Position numbers and translations under genes: made by a program. A model generated the notes under the pieces. It did not search any database. It was not told the DNA's origin and was given only the letters and a program-made list of their open reading frames with translations. Below, piece by piece: positions 55,043 to 64,000 of a stretch of DNA of 64,000 nt (position 1 is the stretch's first letter; every line of letters starts with the position of its first letter). The stretch spans positions 124,001-188,000 of IMG/VR virus record IMGVR_UViG_3300036760_000522; one strand, given 5' to 3'.

Positions 55043-57484
55043 TCAAATCTCTCCGTAGAACCGACCAAGTGTTCTGTTGTACTCGGACACGATGTCCGTT
55101 CCCGATAACCCGGACGCGATCAGCTTTAGGGACGCGACATCGCAATCAGGTGCGCGTTGCGTCGAAACGCCCACACGGAAACGCCCACTCGTTCCACCAT
55201 CGGGTGTCGTCAACGTTCCGGACGTAGCGATCAAAACTCCGTCAATGTAGAGACGTATGACCTGGGATATTCTGGTTAACGCTAGATGACACAGATTGTT
55301 CAAAGGCGGACGAGTCGTACTGTATGTGACGGCGGAGTCCGCCCCTGAACCGGACTCTTGGAGGTATCCAAACTCCCCCGTCGAGTCCAACACCTGCATG
55401 CAGTAGAAGGCATTGTCGGCTGACGCCCCGCTTCCAAAAGTGCCAGCGTGGCTCACTAGATTTCGGAGACTTGTGTAGGCCTGGAGGTTCAACAACATTT
55501 CGATCGTGAAGTCCCCTGTGATCGCAAGCGTTGCTTCCGCGACGTTGTAAATAAGGCCCGTCAAATCATTGAACTTGAACCCGCGAACTCCTGGGAAGAT
55601 GTCAGTGTAACGCTCGGACCCAGTCTCGACAGTCAGGCTGAAACCGTTGCCGCTACTGTCGGTAAGATCGTTCTGGAATTGCCACAACCCGACCGGACTG
55701 AAGGTCGTGTCGTGCAACTGAACGGGTGCCTGCGTCCACGTAAAGTCCACGACCACTGCTGTGTCATTGTTGGATCTGTCGTACTCGAAACCACGGATCA
55801 CTGTGTCCGTGAGAGCAATCGTGTCTGTGACTACAACGTCTCTGACACGGCCGGCAGCGACAGCGTCCGTCACAGACAATGTATCGGAGACGCTGACCAG
55901 CAAGGTCAACCCTGCGACCACAGTGTCTGTGATGCTGACGACGTCTTCTTCTTCGACAACAATGGCGCCCGAAGAGAGGACTGTCGTCTGGTCGACCATC
56001 GAAATCACGTCTTGTGTAAAGGTTTCCAAGACGTTGATGACCACTTGATCGTCAACCGCCACATCGTCATACAAGTGGCGGATGTCCGGCCAATAGAGCC
56101 GTTGCGTCACAGTCGGGCCGGGACCAACCGGCGTCAGATTGTCGAGGGCTCGAAACGATTGAGGCAATGCTCCTGCCCACACAGCTGTGAAGCTCGGAGT
56201 AATACGCTCGACAGTGACTGCGTCGAGGGCCAACATCGTATTGTCGACCGTGACATTCGTACCCGACACTTGTGCGATGTTCTGGGAGCCAAATGTCACG
56301 AAACGAGGATCGTTAAGAAACCCTCCACGTGAAACGTCGATCGGCTCCTCAAGTGTCGCGTCGACCGGTGTGTCGGTGATCATCGAACCAAAGTCAGCGA
56401 TCGCAAAGTCATAAATCGGCGGCAACGCATCGTTCGCGTGTTGCGGGTGCAGCTCTATGCGAGCCTGACCTAAACGATCAAACGGTGCCCAGACAACAGC
56501 AGTGCCGATGACGCTTGTGATCCCTGGTCGCCACGTGAACAACGGGTCTGGATCTGGAGGATCAGGAAAGTGGTACTCGTCGTAAGCACGAGTGCAGACA
56601 GATACGTCCTCCACGTCAATGAATGACGGATTCGAAACTGCCTCAAGAGCCGGCGAGAAGAAAACAAGCCCAGCAGGATCACCCAAGATCCCGCTTGTGA
56701 CCTCGCCCGAAAAGTTTTCAATAGGGATCTCGAGCGGAGAGACTGCAATAGCCTCGGTCGCATCGGCCCACTGAAAAATGTCGGTATCGTTGACGACAGC
56801 TTGGTTCAGGACATCTTTGACGACGGCACTGATGATCGCTGCGTAGTACTCTTTGGAGTTCAGCTCTTGCCCAAGAGTGAGTGTGAGTCGTTGGATCGGC
56901 AGGGGCCCTGAAACAGTCGCAGTCAAAACCGGGATTACAACTCCGCCAGTCGTGGTCCGTATAGTGTAGTTTCCTGGGTTGGTGAATGCAGCGTTCACCA
57001 ACATCGGATTCGAAAACACAAACTCAATTTTTGACAGAGCCTGAGCCCCGACAAAAAAGGTCGTCGTTCCTATTGAGAACCCAACAAACGAGGCAGTATC
57101 GTCCGTTCCTAGATCAACTCCGGTTGTGGTTTGAGCATCGGTAACGGTAACGATGTAGAGAATCGCCAGCTGAAACGACGTAGTGAGTCGTACATGTGTC
57201 GAATCAAGAACGATTGCCCCTGTGACTGCCAACCCAGGGATCGTGTAGTTCGCCGGATTGACGAGCGGAGGGTACGCAATGTTGAGCGGTCTGGAAAACT
57301 CAACGATGACCAGTGTCGACGTAGAGGACGCAGCAGAAACCACACGAAGTGGAACAATCCCTTCGACTGTTTCAGCAATCGAAATCGTCTCATCGATCCC
57401 GATGTCGAATAGCTCAGCGACTTCCCCGGCGCCCGAGTCCCCCCAAGCACCGCCTCCCCAGCCTATGCCTCCATAGCCGGCCAT
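55043..57484 (-). CDS. Virion protein with Ig-like domains, acidic beta repeats and C-terminal LamG
   Basis: V.FS.P...NP.NYTI twice; D.I.I.D.V repeats; GLWQFQNDLTDSSGNG. Confidence 0.8.
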   Translation of the reverse strand: MAGYGGIGWGGGAWGDSGAGEVAELFDIGIDETISIAETVEGIVPLRVVSAASSTSTLVIVEFSRPLNIAYPPLVNPANYTIPGLAVTGAIVLDSTHVRLTTSFQLAILYIVTVTDAQTTTGVDLGTDDTASFVGFSIGTTTFFVGAQALSKIEFVFSNPMLVNAAFTNPGNYTIRTTTGGVVIPVLTATVSGPLPIQRLTLTLGQELNSKEYYAAIISAVVKDVLNQAVVNDTDIFQWADATEAIAVSPLEIPIENFSGEVTSGILGDPAGLVFFSPALEAVSNPSFIDVEDVSVCTRAYDEYHFPDPPDPDPLFTWRPGITSVIGTAVVWAPFDRLGQARIELHPQHANDALPPIYDFAIADFGSMITDTPVDATLEEPIDVSRGGFLNDPRFVTFGSQNIAQVSGTNVTVDNTMLALDAVTVERITPSFTAVWAGALPQSFRALDNLTPVGPGPTVTQRLYWPDIRHLYDDVAVDDQVVINVLETFTQDVISMVDQTTVLSSGAIVVEEEDVVSITDTVVAGLTLLVSVSDTLSVTDAVAAGRVRDVVVTDTIALTDTVIRGFEYDRSNNDTAVVVDFTWTQAPVQLHDTTFSPVGLWQFQNDLTDSSGNGFSLTVETGSERYTDIFPGVRGFKFNDLTGLIYNVAEATLAITGDFTIEMLLNLQAYTSLRNLVSHAGTFGSGASADNAFYCMQVLDSTGEFGYLQESGSGADSAVTYSTTRPPLNNLCHLALTRISQVIRLYIDGVLIATSGTLTTPDGGTSGRFRVGVSTQRAPDCDVASLKLIASGLSGTDIVSEYNRTLGRFYGEI

Positions 57485-57714
57485 CAGACGCTAATGACCG
57501 CCAACAAAGTGATGTCAGTGAAGTTGATCGTCCCGCCGCAATGCGTTCCGCTGAATTGACTTGCAGTAAAATCAGGCTCGTCAAGAGCAAGCCAAGTCCG
57601 GTACGTCAGTGACCCACAGTTCAGATCAATGGATCGCATTTTGTACAGAAACGTTCCCGGCGGAGCCAGACCGCCGGCCCCAAACGAAATGAGTTCTCCG
57701 TCAATGTCCGCCAT
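57484..57714 (-). CDS. Small hypothetical structural protein
   Basis: TGATG overlap with the next gene. Confidence 0.6.
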   Translation of the reverse strand: MADIDGELISFGAGGLAPPGTFLYKMRSIDLNCGSLTYRTWLALDEPDFTASQFSGTHCGGTINFTDITLLAVISV

Positions 57715-57720
57715 CGCAAC

Positions 57721-58059
57721 CTACTGTTGTGTACAAGAAGCGGAATCCCGCGTTCGATACTCTTCGACTTGGTCGCAAGTCTCGATCAACGACACACACT
57801 GCGGATTCACGGGCACGCCTTTGCCTTGCAGGTCCTCGCAAAAGTCTGGGCAGCTCTGGTTCGGCACATCCACTGGACCTGGGAGGTCGTTGTTGTAGAC
57901 GGATTCCCCCTCCTCACATCCTAGCGATACCAAGTGCTCACACATGATTTCGCACTGCCCCGGCTCATTGTCGGGCGGTAAGGGCTTCGGCGTTTCTGTG
58001 CCTTGAGACGGAAGACACCCAACTATGAAAAAGAGAGCTATCAGTGAAAGCTGGTGCAT
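57721..58059 (-). CDS. Cys-rich lipoprotein
   Basis: FFIVGC lipobox plus 8 further Cys; GAGG RBS. Confidence 0.75.
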   Translation of the reverse strand: MHQLSLIALFFIVGCLPSQGTETPKPLPPDNEPGQCEIMCEHLVSLGCEEGESVYNNDLPGPVDVPNQSCPDFCEDLQGKGVPVNPQCVSLIETCDQVEEYRTRDSASCTQQ

Positions 58060-58106
58060 GGGGGTTTCCTCTTTTCGACCTCACTACACTAGAGGAGCCC
58101 ATAAAA

Positions 58107-58928
58107 ATGTTGACGAAGTATGGCTACAAAGCAGACCCCCCGAAGAAGGCGGATCAAAAGCCCGACTTCGACTTCACAGCAGGTCTTCTTCCGAAACTCC
58201 CACAAGTCTCGCAAGGCGACGTCGATCTCATGGCTTTCTGTACCGAGAGCCACCAGTATTCGATTGGATCATGTACTGGTAACGCGTCAGCGGACTCCGT
58301 CGAGGTCCTGAACGCCATCGAAGGTAAACCGGGAGTCCAGCTTTCGAGGCTTTTCGTCTACACGTTAGCCAGAAACTTCATGGACCAGGACGGTGACGGA
58401 AAAGGAGACATCGACAAAGACGATGGGGCTTTTCTCCGGTTCTGCTTCGAAGTTCTGTCAAAGTTCGGAATTTGCAGAGAAGACTTACCTGCCGGCAAGG
58501 GTGGCTGGCCTTACGACGTAAACAAGGTTCACACACTGCCCGATCTCATGGCCATGCGTGCGGCTACCGCGCACCGAATCCACAGCTACTACAGAATCAG
58601 TGAGACCGGAGACAACCGACTCGAGAAAATCGTTGCAGCCTTACGTGCAAACCACCCGGTTACTTTCGGAACCATTGTCGACACATCCTTCCAACAAATC
58701 CGTGACGAAACTCCATGGGAAGGGCCAAAGGGCCAGATCCTTGGAGGGCATGCCATGCTTGTGGTCGGTTACCTCGCCTCATTTGGTTTCATCGTCAAGA
58801 ACTCATGGGGCAAAAATAATTTTGGGTTCAACGGCTTCTGCATCGTTAAGCCCCATGTCTTGGCGTCCAAAGAAACGGGCGACCTGTGGGTTCCAACCAA
58901 AGGAACTGCGTTCAAACTTGCAGCTTAG
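58107..58928 (+). CDS. Papain-like C1 cysteine peptidase
   Basis: QYSIGSCTGNA, LSRLFVY, GGHAM, KNSWG. Confidence 0.92.
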   Translation: MLTKYGYKADPPKKADQKPDFDFTAGLLPKLPQVSQGDVDLMAFCTESHQYSIGSCTGNASADSVEVLNAIEGKPGVQLSRLFVYTLARNFMDQDGDGKGDIDKDDGAFLRFCFEVLSKFGICREDLPAGKGGWPYDVNKVHTLPDLMAMRAATAHRIHSYYRISETGDNRLEKIVAALRANHPVTFGTIVDTSFQQIRDETPWEGPKGQILGGHAMLVVGYLASFGFIVKNSWGKNNFGFNGFCIVKPHVLASKETGDLWVPTKGTAFKLAA

Positions 58929-59956
58929 ACAGGTGTTGATCGGTTCCACGGCCAACACAGCGGACCAAGTTGCATGAAACGCTTCAAGGTCCCGCTTGCT
59001 GGAAATGTGTTGGGACCGTTCGAACCGTCCAAGTTGCCTGCAACCCACCAGAGATCTGCTAAGAATCCGTGACGCCCTTGCCTGCCAGCGGTGTCGCAGT
59101 AAATGCCAATTGGCAGTAACGAGTAGAGGCTCGTAACATCACTAGGAACACTCAAGTCTTCCCCAATAAACGGCCGATTTTGCATGTCGGCTTCCCCTGT
59201 CAAATTCAGGTTCATAGTTGCAGTACTTCGACCGCGCGCGTCTGCAACGTCCGTCAAATCGTCGTAATTGACTGCGGACGTTGCAGGTCCTGTCGCACTA
59301 TCAGCTCTCAGCATGGAAACCGACGGACTCGTCCAACCAGCGACAGGATCTCGAGGAACATCGAAAATCCAAAATCCAACCAAATTGGCGTTCCGCGTAA
59401 TGACTACTCGATTCGACATTCCGTCCACAGACTTCATGACATGATACCTGGACGTGTTGTTTCCTCCGCCACCCCACGTATTCACAGTGGAGCTGATCAA
59501 GGTTGTCTGATCTGTAGCTGTCGGCGCAGCGGACGTTGATCCGTCAGTACCTCCATTGACCGAACCAAATCCAGCGACAGGCGAAACAGCCAACAAAGCG
59601 AAGTCGTCAAGACTGTTGTTGAGATGTATGAGCAACTCAAATTTTGGAGAGATCCCAGGCTGGCGAAGAACGATCCACGAGCGGACACTGGCAGAAGACC
59701 AGTCAAGGTCACTGTCCACTGTCCAGCGGTCGACAGAGTCCATACCGGACGACGTGCTGTTCGACGATCCACTAACAGTCCAATTAGCCTGACTGGTAAC
59801 CAAACCTCCAGCACTATTGGTCCAACTGCCCGTCCCCAAGAGTGTATTCTTGATGCTCCTCAGCAAGCGTCGATTGGTCGACAAACTACTACCCAAAGCA
59901 GAAACAGTTTGGTTGACTTGAAACTGCCAGCGTCGAACAGGGATCGGTAAAGGCAT
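58925..59956 (-). CDS. Virion protein; paralog of 59963-61066
   Basis: Shared WQ.QVN, ANWTVSGSSN, VDRWT, RSWIVLRQPGI, PWN. Confidence 0.75.
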   Translation of the reverse strand: MPLPIPVRRWQFQVNQTVSALGSSLSTNRRLLRSIKNTLLGTGSWTNSAGGLVTSQANWTVSGSSNSTSSGMDSVDRWTVDSDLDWSSASVRSWIVLRQPGISPKFELLIHLNNSLDDFALLAVSPVAGFGSVNGGTDGSTSAAPTATDQTTLISSTVNTWGGGGNNTSRYHVMKSVDGMSNRVVITRNANLVGFWIFDVPRDPVAGWTSPSVSMLRADSATGPATSAVNYDDLTDVADARGRSTATMNLNLTGEADMQNRPFIGEDLSVPSDVTSLYSLLPIGIYCDTAGRQGRHGFLADLWWVAGNLDGSNGPNTFPASGTLKRFMQLGPLCWPWNRSTPV

Positions 59957-59962
59957 AGGCGA

Positions 59963-61066
59963 TCACGCTGTCATGACGGGAACTGTGCCGTTCCAAGGAA
60001 CGATCACCACACCAAATTGTGCAAACTGCTTTGAGCTGTCGATAGGATACGTTGAACCGTCCACTACAGAGTCGCTGCCAAACCAAAGATCAGACATCCA
60101 GGCGTGGCGACCACGAACGGACGCATAAATGGTGTTGCTACGATCAAGACCGACCGGAAAGATCGGGTACTTACTACTCAAGTCGTTGAGATCCATGCGA
60201 TCGCCAATGGGGTCTATCGAAGTTGGTGTAGCCGAACCGATACACTCTGTTGAAAAAGGAAGAGCTGCCCTCGAACCAGCACCTAATGCGCTATCTGGTG
60301 CCAGCCCATTAATCCTAGAGCAAGGTCCACCACCACCCGAGGTTTGGTTAGACATTGCTGTGTAACTCAAGTGTGAACTTGACGGAGGACCGGAACTTCC
60401 CTGTGTCCAACCAACGTAAGGAACAGTCCAACCATCGACTGGGTGTATTGGGCGCTCCCAACCCCAAAAAGTTGTCGAGAAGCCGCTGCGACAAGTGATG
60501 ACTCGCGTCGCAGCTCCGTCCGTTGATTTCATAACATGGAGAACAGCTCCGACATTTGTGGTTGGTACAAGTCCGGGTGACGAAGAGTTCAAGCCAGAGA
60601 CCATACCAATAGCATCAGTAGCAGTTGGCCGACTAGTAATACTGCCGCCTGTGTATCCAACAGAGGGTGAGGCCGCTGTGGTGCTAGCCTCCGGAACGGC
60701 TGACACGAACCCTTCGAGAGCAAACAGTATTTCCGATTGTGCGTAAATGCCAGGTTGTCGCAGCACAATCCATGATCGTGCTTGCCCAGAATCTGCCCAG
60801 ACTAAAGCGTTGTTGTTCGTCCAACGATCAACTCCATCCAACGCGGCTGTACCTGCGTTGGATGAGCCGCTGACGGTCCAGTTCGCTAGAGACGCCACGA
60901 CCTCCCCATTACGGTTGGTCCAAGTCCCAGATCCTTTCAGGATGTCCTTGAGAGTCCGCCAAATGGTTTGAGCCGTGATGAGTTGTGTTCCACCGGCAGC
61001 CACAACGACATTGACCTGGTACTGCCACGTTCGCTGGATGACAGGGTAGGCCATCAAATCACACAA
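59963..61066 (-). CDS. Virion protein; paralog of 58925-59956
   Basis: Same shared motifs as 58925-59956. Confidence 0.75.
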   Translation of the reverse strand: MCDLMAYPVIQRTWQYQVNVVVAAGGTQLITAQTIWRTLKDILKGSGTWTNRNGEVVASLANWTVSGSSNAGTAALDGVDRWTNNNALVWADSGQARSWIVLRQPGIYAQSEILFALEGFVSAVPEASTTAASPSVGYTGGSITSRPTATDAIGMVSGLNSSSPGLVPTTNVGAVLHVMKSTDGAATRVITCRSGFSTTFWGWERPIHPVDGWTVPYVGWTQGSSGPPSSSHLSYTAMSNQTSGGGGPCSRINGLAPDSALGAGSRAALPFSTECIGSATPTSIDPIGDRMDLNDLSSKYPIFPVGLDRSNTIYASVRGRHAWMSDLWFGSDSVVDGSTYPIDSSKQFAQFGVVIVPWNGTVPVMTA

Positions 61067-61949
61067 TTGAGAGTTGGACGAGTTTCGATCCTACAAAGTC
61101 AGACGCAGTCCCTCCGTTTCGATACAACCTAACTTCATAGGTTCGGAGTGCGTTTCGCAAATTGCCGGCAGCACCGCCGACGGTCAGCGCACTGGAAATA
61201 ACACGTGTCGGAGAAGTCACAGCAGTCGTAATCGTCGAGCCTGTCACTGTCTCAGCGTCATCCAAATTCCAAAGCTCGACGGTTGATAGCGCAGCAGCGT
61301 TGGTGGTCTCGATCACGGCTTCCAAGTAGAACGAAGCCCCAGGAAACTCCGTCGGATCGACGACAATCATGCCAATGCTGTAGGGACCTGTCTGGTTGGT
61401 CGTCCACGGGCCTGAAGACCCGACTACCTTCCTAGTACCCGCGTCCCTAAAGCGTCTCAGCAAGTGGTTCAGGAGCCCGTCTACGGTGTCTCCGGCCCAC
61501 CCATCAAGCTGTCCTCCGAAATTGAACTCGTTGGGCTTGGCCCCCATCATACCACTTGCCGGATCGGGCAAGGGTATCGGCCAGAGCTGTGGTGGAGGGA
61601 CTACAATTCCGTTGGCTTCAGGAACAGCGAAGACCCGCTGGTCGATGTCAGTCGGAACCCCGACACGGTTGATGACGTTCCAAACCTTCAGAGCGAAACG
61701 ATAGCAGCCTCGAACGTCAGGTGTGAAGTTCGCGATGGGTGTGTTGTTGTTGTTATGGAACGTGAACGGAGCCGCTGGAACAAGCGAGCTTGCTGGATCG
61801 ACATACAACAAATCGATCTGCCAACTTGCTACATCCGTGTTGTTGCTGTTCGCTACAGAAACCAAGGATCCAGTCGTACCCTTAAGGGCTTCGCCATCAG
61901 CCCCGATGTTGAGGCCCTGCGTGAATTTTGAAAGTGCAATTGCGGTCAT
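61059..61949 (-). CDS. Virion structural protein
   Basis: FTPDVRGCY, EFNFGGQLDGWA; beta-rich. Confidence 0.65.
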   Translation of the reverse strand: MTAIALSKFTQGLNIGADGEALKGTTGSLVSVANSNNTDVASWQIDLLYVDPASSLVPAAPFTFHNNNNTPIANFTPDVRGCYRFALKVWNVINRVGVPTDIDQRVFAVPEANGIVVPPPQLWPIPLPDPASGMMGAKPNEFNFGGQLDGWAGDTVDGLLNHLLRRFRDAGTRKVVGSSGPWTTNQTGPYSIGMIVVDPTEFPGASFYLEAVIETTNAAALSTVELWNLDDAETVTGSTITTAVTSPTRVISSALTVGGAAGNLRNALRTYEVRLYRNGGTASDFVGSKLVQLSIV

Positions 61950-61955
61950 GTGACG

Positions 61956-63149
61956 CTACGGATACACAAACATCGGAGAGGATGAATACAAGCCAGAGTT
62001 CTCTTGCGACAAACAAAGACGTCCTCCGGCCAGCTTTGTGAACGGCTGGGCATTCGCACCAGAAAATCTCTGCGATGTAACCATCCGCCAGCTCTGACCA
62101 AAGTCCCTGCTCACAAACCACGTCGCAATAGAAGGCACCACAGTGCTGTAGGCATAAAGACCGATGATCCCAGACTCCACTACCAATGACATCAACACAT
62201 ATGCCGTGCTGCCAGCCAAAGGATTCGTGGCTGACGCCAATTGCGTCCAAGCGCTACTCGCCGACGGACTCGACAAAATAACCAAACCCACACTCAAGTC
62301 GTCACTGACGATATACCAGACGTCCTCAACTTTGTCGTACGCTGTGAGGCGCTTTCCGTAGTCTCCTGCAAGGACAGGAAACGGTGGCGTCGAACACTGC
62401 ACAGGTACCGGCAAGCTGACAAGGCTGAACGTGCTGCCATTCGCACTATAAACTATCTGGCTGTTGGAGCCACCCAACAGACCAATGGTCTTCCCAAGCC
62501 CTGTGGCTAGGGATCGGATGGGTACTGACGACCCGTACGACACGCTTGTCCAACTAGCCACACCTCCAAGGTTACGTTCCAAAGTCGCCGTGCTGCCCAT
62601 GTCACTCCAAGACGCCAGGAACACGTCATTGACACTGTCGTAGACCAAAGCTTGACAGATTTCGTCTGCGCCTAAACCGGCTCGTGTTTGCAACGTGAAC
62701 ACAGGTACCGCCGCCAATGTGCCTTGGATGTACCCGTCAGTGTTTCCTGTAAACTGACGCAGACCAACAATGAAGGGTCCTGTTCGAGGCTTGACTGCTA
62801 CACGCAAACACTCAGTTTCGTTGCTTTGATATGCCCCTATCACGCTGTTTCCAGTATCGCCCAATCCCGTAGCCACAAAGATCTTGAACTCATCAGCGGG
62901 GTACCCCAAGTACGCGTTGGCCGTGATGATCGTGTAATGTGCCAAGTCTTCATTTGTTACAAGCGTACGATCCGCGAACTCAATGTCGGAACAGTCGTCT
63001 GCGACACCAAGAGATCCGAATTTCGTGAAAGACAACCAGTTGATTTCTGCAAACGTCCGCAAGCTTTCCAACATCTTGTTGACGTGGTCGTCGTCAAAGT
63101 CTTCACCTGTAAAAAAAGTGCCGAAAGGTTTGGGGTCTTGGTAGCTCAT
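61956..63149 (-). CDS. Asp-box/BNR beta-propeller virion protein
   Basis: SANGSTF, SRDFGQSW. Confidence 0.7.
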   Translation of the reverse strand: MSYQDPKPFGTFFTGEDFDDDHVNKMLESLRTFAEINWLSFTKFGSLGVADDCSDIEFADRTLVTNEDLAHYTIITANAYLGYPADEFKIFVATGLGDTGNSVIGAYQSNETECLRVAVKPRTGPFIVGLRQFTGNTDGYIQGTLAAVPVFTLQTRAGLGADEICQALVYDSVNDVFLASWSDMGSTATLERNLGGVASWTSVSYGSSVPIRSLATGLGKTIGLLGGSNSQIVYSANGSTFSLVSLPVPVQCSTPPFPVLAGDYGKRLTAYDKVEDVWYIVSDDLSVGLVILSSPSASSAWTQLASATNPLAGSTAYVLMSLVVESGIIGLYAYSTVVPSIATWFVSRDFGQSWRMVTSQRFSGANAQPFTKLAGGRLCLSQENSGLYSSSPMFVYP

Positions 63150-63152
63150 GGC

Positions 63153-64000
63153 TCAACACAGAGGCGATCCTAGGGGTCCGCCGATCTTAAAACAGTACAA
63201 ATCAGCCGTCATTGAGATAGCGTCGGATACTCCGATATCGAACGATTGAGGTCCGGGATCCACGGATACGCGCACTACGCCAGCACCCGGATCCCGCTCA
63301 ATCCGGTAGGTGTGGTACCGACCGTCCAGATAGTCGAGACTGATGGCACCCAAATATTTCCCATCTTGCTGATCCGAGACAATCGCGAAGCGCTCTGCTA
63401 TCCCGGAAGTCAACAAAGCAATCGCGACTGTAAACCCTGGCGCAGAAATTCCGAACCGAATCTGTGTGTCCCCGACACCAAGTGTCGAATCTGCGGCAAC
63501 TCGCAGTCGGAAAACAGCCTCCGTGATGAGACCAGGAGCATCGAGCAGCGGTGTCGGATTACGATACACTGTTGCCCCACCGACCGTACCATAGGACAAC
63601 GCACCCCCAGCAACGCTCGCGGAAACATCCACAGGAACGTCGCTCACAAGCTCCCAAGGCGTCGGCGCCGTCGTGTCGTTCTCAGGCAGAACTGTGCCGT
63701 CGTATGTCAAACAGACTTCTCTAACGTACTGGAATCCTCCAAGCTCAGGTCCACACGAATCATCAGCCGGCGCGATCAGCGCCAGGGCCCCAGTCGATTG
63801 TTCGATGACATCCAAACACGAGTACAAAATGTCATCCGGCACTTCAAGTCGAATGCGTGTTGAACCGTCATTCAAAACGAAGTCACCGTCATTGTTGAGC
63901 ACGTCTTCGGGGTTGTTCAGGACCGAGACGAACTCTGTAACGACGTAAGGAGCACGCGTCTCAAAAGTCTGCGTACTCGGCACCAACGGCGTACCTTCAT
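63153..64000 (-). CDS. C-terminus of a virion structural protein (open to right edge)
   Basis: Frame open to the window end; C-terminal lectin-like DGRYHTYRIER. Confidence 0.7.
   Translation of the reverse strand, partial: EGTPLVPSTQTFETRAPYVVTEFVSVLNNPEDVLNNDGDFVLNDGSTRIRLEVPDDILYSCLDVIEQSTGALALIAPADDSCGPELGGFQYVREVCLTYDGTVLPENDTTAPTPWELVSDVPVDVSASVAGGALSYGTVGGATVYRNPTPLLDAPGLITEAVFRLRVAADSTLGVGDTQIRFGISAPGFTVAIALLTSGIAERFAIVSDQQDGKYLGAISLDYLDGRYHTYRIERDPGAGVVRVSVDPGPQSFDIGVSDAISMTADLYCFKIGGPLGSPLC

Noticed and set aside
53634-55720. Diversity-generating retroelement acting on the LamG repeats
   Set aside because: No reverse transcriptase is in the window, and the copies differ broadly rather than only at adenines.

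Overview
This window is a 64-kb segment of a large (jumbo-type) tailed phage genome. It has no bacterial core genes. A host in the Myxococcota is inferred from a large Cys-rich lipoprotein. Left to right it carries: (1) a minus-strand tRNA array (Tyr, Lys x2, Gln, 5'-truncated Glu, Asn, Gly) behind a terminator/antiterminator switch that overlaps the stop codon of a DUF1778/TacA-like ORF; (2) beta-propeller genes, a topoisomerase IB-GNAT fusion, Ku, a histone-like protein, and YkgJ, DHH, nitrilase and AAA genes; (3) a replication module with PolA carrying a Zn-ribbon insert, a CHC2 Zn-finger protein, DnaB with an intein, a loader-like gene and a SNF2 helicase; (4) a putative lysis cassette; (5) an 8,658-bp insertion (28899-37556) with terminal inverted repeats and a 9-bp target-site duplication but no recognisable transposase, which splits an HNH-type gene in frame and carries an MmeI-like R-M enzyme and other defence-like genes; (6) a DNA methyltransferase; and (7) a ~21-kb virion structural module with several paralogous gene sets. 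The two strongest candidates for undescribed systems are the transposase-less cargo transposon and the translation-coupled attenuator with antitoxin-like leader in front of the tRNA array. All protein calls come from motif recognition by eye; no database searches were run.
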